Shown here piece after piece: positions 24,737 to 38,000 of a DNA stretch of 64,000 nt (position 1 is its first letter; every line of letters starts with the position of its first letter). A program made the position numbers and the translations under genes. Below the pieces are notes generated by a model. The model saw only the letters and a list, made by a program, of their open reading frames with translations. It did no database searches and was not told the origin of the DNA. The stretch comes from Paramecium tetraurelia (Eukaryota), in contig CT868063.1 in NCBI GenBank assembly GCA_000165425.1, positions 434,001 to 498,000 on the forward strand. Direction: 5' to 3'.

Positions 24737-27517
24737 TCATTTTATAGGAAATACCTAAATTTATCTTTTAATGGAACGATTTTGTTGTTTTTTTCGTAAT
24801 AATGCATTAGATAATCGATGCTCTTGCTATCGAACTACTAAAGATTTTCTAGGCATTCCCAATCGAGTTATATTGAATCGATACTAATTTATAAAATCAT
24901 AAGGGTAAAATAAATATTTCAACCAATTATTCCCACTTATTAAAGTATATTGATCTAAACTCTTAGACGTAGAAGCCATGATATACCGAACAGGGTGTAT
25001 CAGTTTCTTTAAAACAAAGTTGATATTTGATTTTTGATTAAAAGTTTGATATTCATGTTTCTTATCTAATTCTATTTTATCTTCTAGATTTAATTTTAAT
25101 TCCAGCAATTAAATTAAATACTCAATCTATTATAATTCCCTCTCTGTATAAAGATCTTTATGATTCAATTTCTCTTTAAGAGCTTTCAAAGTTAAGAATT
25201 CCGAAGACAAATTCAATTTCCCATCACCAATTTCTTTTTCTGACTTTAGTTGAGATTTTTGACAGAAATCGAAATATGACTTACTTTCAAGATCCTTTAT
25301 GAGCACACCAACCGATTCGATGTCTTTCTTAGTGAGTATGTCTATTATTGGAAATATGTGTTACCTTGACTTTCAAATCGCGTGGTATCATCCTAAATAT
25401 ATTAATATTTTTAAAAGAATTGACTATCATTCTTAACTTTCACCATTTAAGCTGCCTCTCTTAAGATTTCCTAATCCGTTTAAGCATGATATAATTATCT
25501 AATTCTTCTAGAATTTCTTGAGAATGTAATTCTATCTTGGGATTGATAATAATTAAATTATTTGATGACCTTCTCTCTGTCTGGTATAAAATGAACTTAT
25601 TTGCATTACTCTGGGGGATGTCTTCGAGAATCGCAAATCGCACATTTTATATCTACTTGACAATTTGTTTTTAAATTCCAATACGTCTCAAAATCAACCT
25701 AATATTTTTATATTAATTGATAAAATTTAGATTTTGGAATCACAAGAGTACTTACAAATCCTGAACTTTTGTATTCATATTAGAATGTTTTCTAATTAGT
25801 GAGGAATTCATTTAATCCAAAATATTCACCTGCTGTAAAATTTCCAATTAAAACCCTCCTGTCTTAGTTTTTAGCATAGACATCAACTTGTCCAGATTCG
25901 ATGATATAAATGTAATAGTCAACTTCATTAAATATATTTATGGTTGAGGATGGTTAAAATGATTAAAATTGGAGGTTCTTTAATAAATCATTCAAAAACT
26001 CATTCGAAAAGTTTTTGTAAAAGAATTCACAATTTCTAAGAACTACACTATTAGATTCAACTGCTATTTGCATTCTTAAATCATCAGATAGTTAACTGAG
26101 TATATCAGTTTATTCTTTGGTCTATTGGGTCTATTCTTAATACCAATAGTAATTAAGATATTCTCTGACTTAAAATTACAATTAGTGACTGATTTTCTTC
26201 GTATGCATATATTGATTGATGAAAATCAGTTTCTTATTTATGATGTCATTATTATTTTTCATTCTTGTCAAAATCTCTCCAATCGTATTTAAGCTGAATG
26301 ATAATTGAAATGTGCAAACGAATACAAATAAAAATGCGAAAATTTTCTCGGATATATCTTGTATTATAATTTAAAATATTACTTATTGGATGTATGTCTC
26401 CATAACCAACTGTGTACATGGTGACACTAGTGAAATACATAGATTCGATATATAATTCACTCCAAGGCACGTTATCTAAATTAAATGCAGATATCCAATT
26501 TGTAATGCCCGATATTTGGTTGTATCTTCCAATCATGAGCCAAATACAACTGAATATGTGCTGGATTATTAGTAATAAGCCTATCAATTTGGAGAGTTCT
26601 ATTAAAGAGGATGCCAACTATCCCATTATGAATTATTATTGCCATGACCCTATGAAATTTAATAGATTCTTTAATTGTATAAAGTAGAGCAGCATCCAAA
26701 ATTTGGGCCAACCATCAAATAGAATAAATTGACTATTGAAATCAAATTTAAAGTAAGCCATTCCTAATAGGGACAATATTTCAAGCAGTTCTATGAGGTT
26801 AGTGATATGGTATTGGTTTTTGACTATTTGATATCTATCGATTACGGGTAAGCCTTAATCGTAGTAGATTGTAATGTTTCTTAATAGGAAATCAATCGCA
26901 AAGACTGTTTGAGATATTATTATTATTAGATCATAATTTTCGATTAATTGTTCAAAAGTGATTATTATTGGTATGATATAAATTAAGTATATCCTGAAAC
27001 AATTCAATAGAAGATCCCATATGATTTTGATTTTAAATGAAGGGTCTATCAAAGGGATTTATTCGAACAAGTAAAAGATTTTCTGTTTGAAATTAGTTAT
27101 GCATTATTTATATCTGTACCTCATTCTGACAAAAAAGTTTACTTCCTCTAGACTCGGATATTGCATTACTTAAGCTTTTGATTTTCCAGCATAGTTTATA
27201 AAATCTTTGATGTTGCCTGCACTTTTATCATCAATTAACGTGTAGTGCTTAGGTTTGAATTATTAATCAGGTTTGATATATTTTAGAAGTTTTTTAACGA
27301 AAAATCCAATGTGATAGTAAATGATTAATTTTTGAAAAGGCTTAAAAACTGATTACCCTAAACCTGGGATATCTGGACTTGGAGCTTCAATCTTTTTGAG
27401 CAGAATAATGGAAGAAGAATCGCAATCTTGATTTACCTGAGGGTTTTTACACATAGAAGTGTCCTGCTATCCTGTAGTGTTGATATTGTCTATATGAACA
27501 CTGTTCAGACTATTCAT
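24737..27517 (-). CDS. 6TM K+ channel with a CNB-homology domain; tandem paralog of the adjacent channel
   Basis: IPLIDPSFKIKIIWDL, QHIFSCIW, pore YFTSVTMYTVGYGDIHP. Shares the DGWPKF and QVHFIP motifs with its neighbour. TGA at 24737. Confidence 0.9.
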
Positions 27518-27600
27518 GAATTTAATTTAATTATTTGTCAATGAGATTTAAAGTTATATATTAATGATTAAATTGTTTTTATAATTGTATATTGATTTAA

Positions 27601-28740
27601 TCATCTTCTGCCTTTTCCTGATTTTTTTTGTTGTTTCTTCAATTCCCTCTGTTACTAGATACGCAGCTGCTATTATCTTAAGAATTCCTATTGTTATTAT
27701 TTTTATTTTTCAACACATTCGCATTGTAAATATTTTCCTCCGCAAACATAGCAAAATTCATATCCACATCTGCACGTCATATGATTGCATCCTTGATTCT
27801 TTTCAACCCAGAACTTGCATTTTGTGCACATCTTGAATTTATGACCTTTAACAAACTTTTCGAATTTCACATCATTTTAATCCCTCGTATTTGTAATCTG
27901 ATACTCTTTGCAAGTTTATCCCTTATGAAAAATGACTCTGCAATTCAAGCAATATTGTTTCTTACATAATGGACATTTGAACTCATTATTGTCATCATCA
28001 TCTCCTAATACAAAGGCATATTGACAATCAGGAGTCGGACACCAAGACATGTCTGCTGCATGATCATCCACAAACTTATTGAGAGTGTAGTTCAGAAATT
28101 CATCCTTCTTCTCTTTTCCCACAATATGCGAAATATCATTTAATGCAATGTCCTTCCCACACTTCTATTCAGGACATGTCAATTATTTCCTCTTCTCATT
28201 TATACACTGTAATAACAACTCTTTGAGACAATTTACGTGGAAAATATGGACACAAGACTCCAATGGCATCACATCTTCCTCCATTAAGTTTGAGAAACAA
28301 ATAGGACAATCCACCTATTCAACCTCTATTTATTTTTTCTAAGCGAACTTCTAATCTTCTTCCTGCAATTTCTTTATTAATGCCATCGTGGCTTCTTCAT
28401 TTGGATCTTCGAATTACAAATTTTATTTTTGATCATAATCCTCATTCAATATTGGTGTACCATTTCCACCTTATTAGAAATCGAAGTTTCTGGGTTTTTC
28501 AAGATTACTTATTAGAGATGAGGCCAAATCATCAAAATACTTTCCTTTAACTAAGCCATTTGTTATCATTTCTTGGACAGCTTTAATTTAGTCCTTTAAT
28601 GCTGTCATTGAACATTCTGAATTATGCTACAAAAAATATCCACAAATCATCCCGATAATAAAGGATTATTGATTATCATTAAGTTTTAGATCTCTCAGGA
28701 ATTCGTTTGAGGCAGATCTAATTTTTTAATAAATGCTCAT
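27601..28740 (-). CDS. RBR (RING1-IBR-RING2) E3 ubiquitin ligase
   Basis: Intronless 380 codons: CPIC..CVHIFHVNC..CPEQKC (RING1), WCPTPDC..CPLCKKQYCLNCRVIFHKGQTC (IBR), CTKCKFWVEKNQGCNHMTCRCGYEFCYVC (RING2 with the catalytic Cys). Confidence 0.93.
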
Positions 28741-28817
28741 TTTTTTATTTATCTATATATAAAATCTGATTAAATTCTTTACTCAAAATACTTGTAATAT
28801 AAATTAATAATATATAT

Positions 28818-30343
28818 TCATTCCTAATCATGAATTAATCCCTTAACAATCAAATAATCAAAAACACCTGTTATACGCTCTTTGTCCAGCTTAAAGTTTT
28901 TAAAGGGCTATATCCTTCTTAATCATCCCATTTTTCACTGATTCTCTTATGAGCACCTCCTTGAGTATCAGATACTCCTATTCACTCAATCCTAATTTCT
29001 AACATAATTATTATTCTTCTTCGCAAAACGAAGGTCCTTATTTGTTTTTATCCTTCCCATCCATCACAGGCACGAATCTCGTCCTCCGTTGTAAAAATCT
29101 TTACTTTTGAGAATCATAAACAAAAGCTTCATTTTATTTTTGCCTCTTTTGATACTGCTCATCCTTCTTTCTCTTGTTTGATAAGTACTCCTCCACTTCC
29201 TCAAATGTCTTTATCCCTAATTTTCTATAAAATCTAAGCTCCTCTATTTTTGCTCTCAATTATTTTTCCTTAATCAAATTTTACACAAATCTTTCATGAT
29301 CCTCATGCTTATTAAATCTTGAAAATGGTTTCATTAAGTTATGTAATTCTTTCTCCTCCTTGCTTCTTTGTTTGTCATAATTATTCTATTTTTTTAAATT
29401 TAGCAAATCCCTATCAATTACAAAATTTTTCCTTTTTAAACGTTCATCCAATCTAATATTGTAAATATCAAGAACTTTGAGCTTCATTTCAATTTCGTAA
29501 GGCTAATCATCATCGTTGAATTCCATCTCTGCCAAAAGTAGTTCTGCATCATTATCAAATTCAATATCAAAATCCCCTCTTTTTGGCATAAATCCAACAA
29601 TTTCCTATCCACTTTGCGATGCCATATTCGGTGTCAATCTCCCTCCCTTCATAATACTTTATTCTTCTTTCATCCTCTTAGGTGCATGCGAGTATCTTTT
29701 TGGTTTGATTAGCTCTAATGTATCTTAATTCCTTTTTGATAAGAGAGTCATCTAATAATATTTGGTTATATAAAACACACATTTCTGAATTTTTCACTTA
29801 AAATAATATCATCATAATGTTATGCTATTTCTTCTTATGATTTTTCATTGCCCAACATCTCAGCTATATCTTGCCAATTGCCAAATCCTTTCTTTTCTAG
29901 TCCTTCTAATAATAATAGCTCTTCTTCTGCAGTCCAATCATCTACAAATATTGGGAAATTTAATTTATTGATGATAGAATAGGAGTGCCCAATAGTATGT
30001 TATGCTTTGAATTTATTTAATTATTTGTACCAAATTCATGTAAATTTAAAAAGCAATTCATACATACATCAATTGAATTAGGACACCCTATACAAAGTAT
30101 TCTTGCTTATCTCGTAATATCCTTCTCGCAATTATCACAATGGACCTTATTGTAAGGAAAATAGAGGTTCTATATTTCAGTGGCAAATATATATACATGA
30201 TATGTAATTTCCTCTCGATTTTTTTCAGACTCTTATTTTTGATTCAAAACCTTTTTATTCTTCTATTTACCACTAAAATCAAAGCTATAATTACTTTTCT
30301 TTGTCAGTGAGGAACTTCCTAACTGTTATATATTATTATACAT
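28818..30343 (-). CDS. ADA2: transcriptional adaptor ADA2 (SAGA complex)
   Basis: ZZ finger [24 protein letters not shown] domain [54 protein letters not shown]-terminal SWIRM-like region. Confidence 0.93.
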
Positions 30344-30439
30344 TTTAATATTATGGCAAATATACTGTTTTAATTAAATAATTGAATTATTAAATGATAA
30401 TATTTTATATTTTAAACAAATTAAAAGAAATCTATATTA

Positions 30440-31947
30440 ATGGGAACTCAATAATAAAAAGCACCTTAAACTAAATAGATAACTCAATTCTAAATTGAGA
30501 TTGCCTGCCTAAAAGTATGTCTTTCCATTAATTTCAGGTTAAAGGCTATGTGGAATTGAATCGAGATAGACGAACCAATTAAGCACTAATGAAAGAAAAG
30601 GCTTTAAATGAGATGTTGCGTAGTCCTACTAGAATCATGGCAGAAGAGTATCAGAAGTTCCAATAATTGGTTCTGGATGTTAGATTTTTGGAGACATGTA
30701 ACACTGTCGTAAGGTATACTAATCTCAAATTATTTTAGATACTGTGAAATAGTAAAGGATTAATCAATACGAATCTTTAAATGCGGAGGAGATGCTTCTA
30801 AAATAGCAGACATCATGCCTTACATAGAAACTATCGTCTTTGCTGCTGATAATTTGAACTTAGAGTAAGTAATGGAATTTAAAGATCTGATGATATTCTA
30901 TTTTGGACCTGGCTTCAATGATACCAGTAAATTATTAAATGTCGATCAAAATATCAAATAACTCTATAGAACTCCTCTGCCTGATGCATATGAAGTTAAT
31001 GAGTTTGCAATCAAGTTTGCAGAAAAGTATGGATTCAGTGAAGAACAACTAAATGCATCAGGGCATTAATTTAGCTCCAAATTTTAAAGACCAGCTCAAG
31101 GAGGTATTTAAATTGAATAATAACCTTTTGGACAATAATAATTTATGCCACCTCCAAACTAAGGTTTTGGAGTACCTTTTGGATCTCATCCAGAACCATT
31201 CTCACAGCCAGGATATGGTGATTTCGGAATGGGCGGAGGTTTTGGCAACCATCCTTAAGGAGGATTTGGCAACCAACCTTAAGGAGGCTTTGGCAATCAA
31301 CCTTAAGGAGGATTCGGAAATCAAACCTAAGGAGGATTTGGAAATCAACCCTAAGGAGGATTTGGTAACCCTCCTTAAGGAGGTTTTGGCAATTAAACTT
31401 AAGGAGGCTTTGGTAATCCTCCACAAGGCGGTTTTGGTAATCAACCATATTAAGGCTTTGGAACCGCGCCTTAAGGTGGGTTTGGTAGCCAACCTTAAGG
31501 TTTTGGTAACCAACCATAAGGCTTTGGAACACAAGGAAACTTTGGTGGTTAAAATTAAGGTGGATTTGGAACAACATAGGGTGGTAATTAAACTACTTAA
31601 AATGGTTTTGGAAATTTAGGTCCATAAGCAGGATTATATAATTAACCAACTAATTAATATGGTAACCCATCTAATGGAGGATTCGGTGGATCCCCAAATC
31701 CTTATGCCTGTCTCAATTAAGGTATCTTTATTGTTTAATATGTTAAGGCCCACAAATATTAGCAAGTTAAAGCATGAAGGTTCCTTAGACATTTTAACCT
31801 CCTTAATAACAATAATTTCCTTAGGCAACACCAGGAATTTAACCTTAATAGCCTGTTGAACAAAAGAAAAATAATAGTGATTAGTCCAATATATAAGCTA
31901 TTGATGATTTGGAAGCCAGGTTAAGAAAGATCGATTAAGGTTTATGA
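30440..31947 (+). CDS. IST1: IST1-like ESCRT-III protein with an internal FG-rich octapeptide repeat
   Basis: The N-terminal domain (..RYCEIV..IETIVFAADNL..NVDQNIKQLYRTPLPDAYEVNEFAIKFAEKYG) resembles the Ist1 fold. C-terminal DDLEARLRKI is a MIM1-like motif. Two introns (~30515-30537, ~30714-30738). Confidence 0.75.
31235..31498 (+). repeat. coding tandem repeat, 11 x 24 nt (GGFGNQPQ consensus)
   Basis: GGAGGnTTTGGnAAyCAACCTTAA-type units. Much of the variation is at synonymous positions, and degenerate GFG units continue on both sides. Confidence 0.9.
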
Positions 31948-32052
31948 TTAAGTGAAATCTATATAAATATCATTCTATTTTAATTAATAGATTAATATTG
32001 ATATATATTATTCCTATAAATAGAATTATTTTTTATTTAAAATTATATACTA

Positions 32053-35000
32053 TCAATTAATCCACTTCTAAAATGTTCCATCCTTCCAAATTCCTTTTCT
32101 TTTCTTTCTTCCAATCATGACTTCCATTTCTCCATTCATTTTACCATTAGTAAACATTCCTGAGATTATCTTATCCCCAATGGTTAATGTTCCCTATCCT
32201 TAATACAAGTCATTTTCGAAATTTCCTTCATACTATTGGTTTATTCCTTAATATTTTCCATATCCATGTCTCTTGCCTTGTTTCCATCTTCCTTCATACA
32301 TTTTTCCATCACTCCATTGATAAATTCCATAACCATCAAAAAGATTATTATCGAATTCACCTTTGTAAAATTCTTGCTGCTTTTAATTTTCTTTTTATGG
32401 CCAAGTCAAAAATCCTTATCCTTACTTTTTACCATTAACAATTAATCCTTAATACTAGGTTTAATCAGGCCATTATTCAATTCCTTAGCCAGTAATACCC
32501 ACAGGTTCTTGAGCTTAGTTGGAGATGAATGATGAGGTGAAAAATTAACCTATTTACACTACACCATTTGCATGCATATTTTCGACTCTTATAGCACTTG
32601 GCTGTTAGATTTGTTGATTTTCGTTATTGATAGGACTAAAGGAATCTTAAATTAAAGGTTATTTGTCCTCGTTCAGTTTGTCTTTTCCTCTAAATGATAT
32701 GTAATCAATCTTATCAATGCCATCTTCATTAGATTTTGCATAAGGGGGGAAAATCTTTTTAAATTGAACATCATGCTATTTGCAAATTTAATTGGTATCT
32801 TTGACAGCATCTCTTAGGATAGCCCAATAAACCTTGACTTTGATAGCCATCTTGGCTTTATTATACAAATAAGGTCTTAGCCATGAATGCTACTGACCTA
32901 AATCTGGGTATTTTTCATTAAGAATATCTCTTATTTTATCTAAAACGGGGGACAATTTGATTATGTACCCTTCAAAAATACAAAATATAATGGACAAAAG
33001 GAAGGGAACATTAATTAAGATTAAGATTACGGCCACAATAATAAATAAATACCCAAATTCTTAATCTTAGCATGATTTTAATAGAACTCCCATAGCTAAT
33101 GAAATTGATAAAATAACAGTTGAATATCTGTCTAAAATATTGAGTCTCCTATTACTGTAAGGAGAAACTTGAATTTAATAGAACCCATAGAGAAACATTA
33201 CAACTACAAGTAAGAGACCTTTAACAGTAACTTAATCTTCAAAATATGCTAAAATGATGACCATGAATTCTTTTTAGAATAGTTTAACAAATTCCCATAG
33301 ATAACTATTCAACTAATATTCTAGATAGAAGAACCCATAAATTAATTTGGTTTACTTGGTGTTGATCGTGTCTCGATTCTTGTACACTAAAAACATAAAT
33401 AGTAAAGGTAGAATTAGGACCCAAACAATGAGCATAGGCATAATAAATCTTAGGAGGTAATATTAATGCATGTCGCTATCATATCTATATGCAACATCTC
33501 TCTGTACATATGGATAACCACTTACGGTTCTAGACGAGGCCAGAACAATAAAACCTTCAACGTAAGATGGCTACAAATAGAGGAATTAATAAATTAAGGC
33601 TGTTGTAATAATATTAATTTTGTATGGGACCATTTTGATTGCAATTCCAGCAAAATAAATAATATAGAAACCGACCAAATATATTGCTGGTTAGATGAAT
33701 GCCCAGACCATTCTAAAGTATAATACATCCAAATCTGACATTGTTACATAAAGACAATCCATAGCTGTTGTAGTACTTTCAGTAGGATTACCTCCAGTTT
33801 TGGCTGTTTATTTGACAGAACTAGGAATGGATATCTGAAAAGAGCCAATGAACTAGATAATCTAAAAGTAATTAGTAAGAACTTTCATCAATACAGCCAA
33901 ATCACTCTCAGAGCTCTTTAACAATACTCCCCATTTATCCAGAGTGTCTTCGATGATAAATTACATTGATGAAAAGTAACTACCTTTTACTGCTAAAACC
34001 ATTGAAATAAAGGATGTGATGGATGTAGCCACCAAAACTATATAGTTTAGTTACATAGTTGGTGCACATCTGGCACATTTATATGCTTGAGTCTGAGTAT
34101 ATCTTTCATCATTAAATATCTGATAGAGATCACATGATTCACACAATGCTCCTATATGACCAGTGTAACAAGAAGGATTTCCAGGGACCCAACCACCATT
34201 GCAATTAACATCCAGATTTTCACAATACTAAGACTCATCATTATTGTAATCTGGTCTCCAATAACCAGGTTTCAACTGAATCGATGACTTTTTAATAGCT
34301 ACCATATAATCAGAATTGAATTAAGCGCATAAAACAGCTCCAATAATGACAGAATATTAATTTAATTTTGGACTGCATGGTATACAACGACCAAGCTAAT
34401 AGACTTCTCCCTTTTAACAAGGAAATGTTCTAACATTTAACATCAATTCGTAGCCCATATTGTACCCTACAATTCTAGAATCTGGAGGACTAGCATATAC
34501 TGGAATTGCCATTTTATCACATTTGACTAAGTTATTTAATTATATTACTTTTCAATTCTAGATAATAATTCGTATCAAAATAAGGATCGAATGTTAATTG
34601 CATATCATCTAAAACATAACCTCTTGAATTCTTGTTAAATAGCATCTCATTAGGAATTGTGAAATTATTTGTAAAGGAAAAGCTATCAGAATAATTTTAG
34701 AATTTTTATATCCTACCAAAGATGTAGCACTTGTCTCCGTCTTAATCATTTACTATGGGTTCATTAAATCTATTCAAATTGATAACTCTAAATATCCACT
34801 CAAATGGAATGTATTCTTAGGTTTCTTCTAAAAAGTATTCGTATGTGTTAATGGATTATCCTGAAGGTAAAATAAGTAAATTAGTCTTCTCTGGATAGTT
34901 ACCAATCGTATGGTAATCCAGAGTTATGTTTTCTCTTATTCTTTCATTCACGCTGTCAATGTTGCCATCAAAGTTCTAATCTCCACTTAGATTCTGATAA

Positions 35001-38000
35001 GTCTCAACTTTACAATAGGAACCATCATTCATTGAAATAGTCTATCTTCTTGAATTCTCCTGAATATTACTCGCTTGCAATGTTGCATTATTGTATTCAA
35101 ATTTTATTAATAATGAATCTACATCTGCTAATTCCTTATTGATTAAGTAAAATGCTGCTCCCACTTAGGCTTTATTGTTTTAAAATGACAGATTGTAGAC
35201 ATACAAGGAAGTATCCTAATCCCCGCCTAAATTCTTATAGTAAACACCTGCTCCAGCAAGGCTTGCGAAATTATCAGAAAATACACTATCTTTTAATAAA
35301 GCATCCAAACCTAATATACTAATACCAGCACCAACACTAGCTTTATTCGACAAAAACATTGACTTTTAGATTGATACTGAATTGTGCTCACTTAATTACA
35401 GCAATCTGTTGGAAAATTAAGCATCTTTCATATCCAATAAATTTTAATTTGGGACAAAGTCACTTATATCTTGTGATTGCTAAATTAATAGGCATCCATA
35501 ATAGCCAATTATATTGTCTTTACAATTGATATTCGTTAGGGTTAAATGAGTGTCCTTTTAATTGTCAACATTCACTCCCAATATTTGTACTAAACCTCCA
35601 TGGCATCTCTAACACTTGTTGGATGCAATAGTCAGTTTTTCAAAAGTTAAGTAGGAATTGCTGTATAAGCTTTTGATGTTAATAATAGAAGTTGTTAAGG
35701 TTTGTCCAACTTCCAGAGTCAAACTAAATAGATATCATAATTTAATACTTTAGCATATTCTAAAGGACACAATTTATCAATGAATTGTTCATAGTTTAAT
35801 TGAATCTTTGCACAATTTGAAGAGCATCATCAAAATAATAATTAGTCGAATAAACAGAACCATACTTATCAATTTCATTGAAATAATTATAAGTCTCCAG
35901 ATAAGTCTCGCTATTCCAAAGAGGTTAGTCTGAGTTTAAGTAATTCTGAAAGTCTATTAAGTACATAATTTAATCACAAGTCTATTGTGGTAATGACTAA
36001 CTCAACCCTTTCTTGATGAACCCGTCACATTTATTTACTATTGATTTGATATCTGTAGATTCATTATCGACAAATTGAGATGATACAATTTGGATTTGAT
36101 TTGCAGTAGTTGGTGTCATTGATATATCTAGGAGGGGCATTAAGAAAAGTGTATTTTTGGTAAATTTACTTTGAGATATGAATACGTCAGTCATAGCCAC
36201 TGCTTTAATGACACTTACATATTTAAAATTGGTAAAGATGGAATTTCGAATTATCAATTGTCCTGTATGTTAATAATAGATTCCAGAATTCTCAGTTAAT
36301 TGCAATTAATCTAGTAAGGAGATGTCTGGTACATTTTGGATAAAATTGTTATAATTATTATCCCCGACAACAATGTTCTAAAATTCAATTAATGGCTAAT
36401 CGGTTGATTCTAAGAATGGATTACTTAAAAAGGAATATCCCAAAGATTAACAGAAGTAGAATTGTGAGTCTTGAAATAGAATGCTCTATTTGAATTTTGT
36501 AGGGTATAAATGGATGCATCCTCCTCTGACTCTGGCAGTGCAATTTGACATCGTTACTGAATATAATTCCAATTGCATCTGAGAACTATCTGAGTTTATT
36601 GTCATACACCCTCCTTCTGTATTATCCACTAACTATAAACTGCTTTGGACATTCAAAAATTATGATTGTTTCAATGTGACAACACCATCTAATAGTTCAA
36701 GAAATATTCCAGACAATCCAAAGGACTCTTTAATTGACAAATTGTCGATGTATATGAATTTACCAATTAAATAAAAGTTTGATCCCTTTGAAAAAATCTT
36801 GAAGAATTGTTCTATAAATTATAAACAGTATAATACTTAGATTTGAAGCTGTTGTATCGGGATCACTTGTTGTTAATTGCTATTCTTCCAGATACTCTAG
36901 CCATTGAAGATCTAGAATATTGGTTTTTTAGAATTGACAGTTGCTTAGAATAAACGAATCTACCTTAAGCCACATCAAGCCATTTGTGGATTTTGAGATT
37001 CGATTGTAATTGAAGTAAGAGTTAATTAGATTAAGTAAGGAATTCGGAGAGATAATTAATAGCAGGGCTGGGGTTTGACTGGTCTAGGAATCAGTTATTT
37101 GGTGCAAATGATTCTGATTATATTGGGCATTGATTATGGTTATGTTTTAATTTTGTTAGGAATCAATTGTTATTAAACTCATCTCCTTTCCATTTAATGT
37201 TGAAGCAAGTCTATTATTATCGAAAAACATGTTCTAAAGCAGAATTGTTTCCGACTACATAAATTGAAGGTTTTGGTAGGATTTAATCACAATAGCAGAT
37301 CTATCTATGAAAATATTGTTGTAAACTTCAATGTCTTACATTAAGATGGATCCTTGAAATCCTTCAACATAAATCATGTATGAGTTAAATTAATATGCGG
37401 TTTGTTTCCTGGCAGCACAATCAAGAGAGTTAGGTAATAGGTTATTGAAGGGATTTGTGACAGCTATATTATTGCTTAGATTGGGATCTACTTCAAAATC
37501 TTCAGTTATGTATTCATCATACTCATAAATCATAGTATTGTCCATTTCCAGGAAATAGTAGGCATTAGTAATTTGAATGGATTAAGATTGGCCAATAAAA
37601 AAGCTCGATATTCCTTGAGTATTCTTGAGTGTTATTTCATTCATAGTGACATTTCCAATGTTTTGTAAGGAGACCAAGGCTGATGAAACAGAATCAATAT
37701 CTATCTAGCTTATGGTTTAGATTTGTAAATTCTCTACGATTAAGTCTTCAATCTAAATGTTGGTATTGATTCCAAAGCTGTTGAGTGGAGTGGAGATGAT
37801 CATCAAGCAATTAATATTTTAACAAATGTTGTTTCTGAATGTAATTTTTTTGAAAGTAAACTATAAAATACTAGGTTTCTAATCTGAGAGATAAATTTGG
37901 TTATTAGACACAATAAGTTCAGAACTATTAGCAAATAAAGATCGATAACAAAACATTTTTTCGATTGCAAAAGCAGTACTCGCTACGAAATTAGAATTTA

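Noticed and set aside
25461..25643. Track ORF MRFAILEDIP.. as the channel frame, implying a premature TGA near 25441
   Set aside because: This is the wrong frame. The frame with CAICDSRRH..QVHFIPDRE matches the paralog and stays open.
31235..31498. Possible CRISPR-like array
   Set aside because: The units are directly adjacent with no unique spacers, vary at codon third positions, lie inside a eukaryotic CDS, and no cas genes are present.
31053..31619. Three overlapping long ORFs in the supplied track (188, 144 and 110 aa)
   Set aside because: These are shadow frames of the 24-nt repeat. The real frame is the TAA-containing GGFGNQPQ frame, which is continuous with the IST1-like gene.
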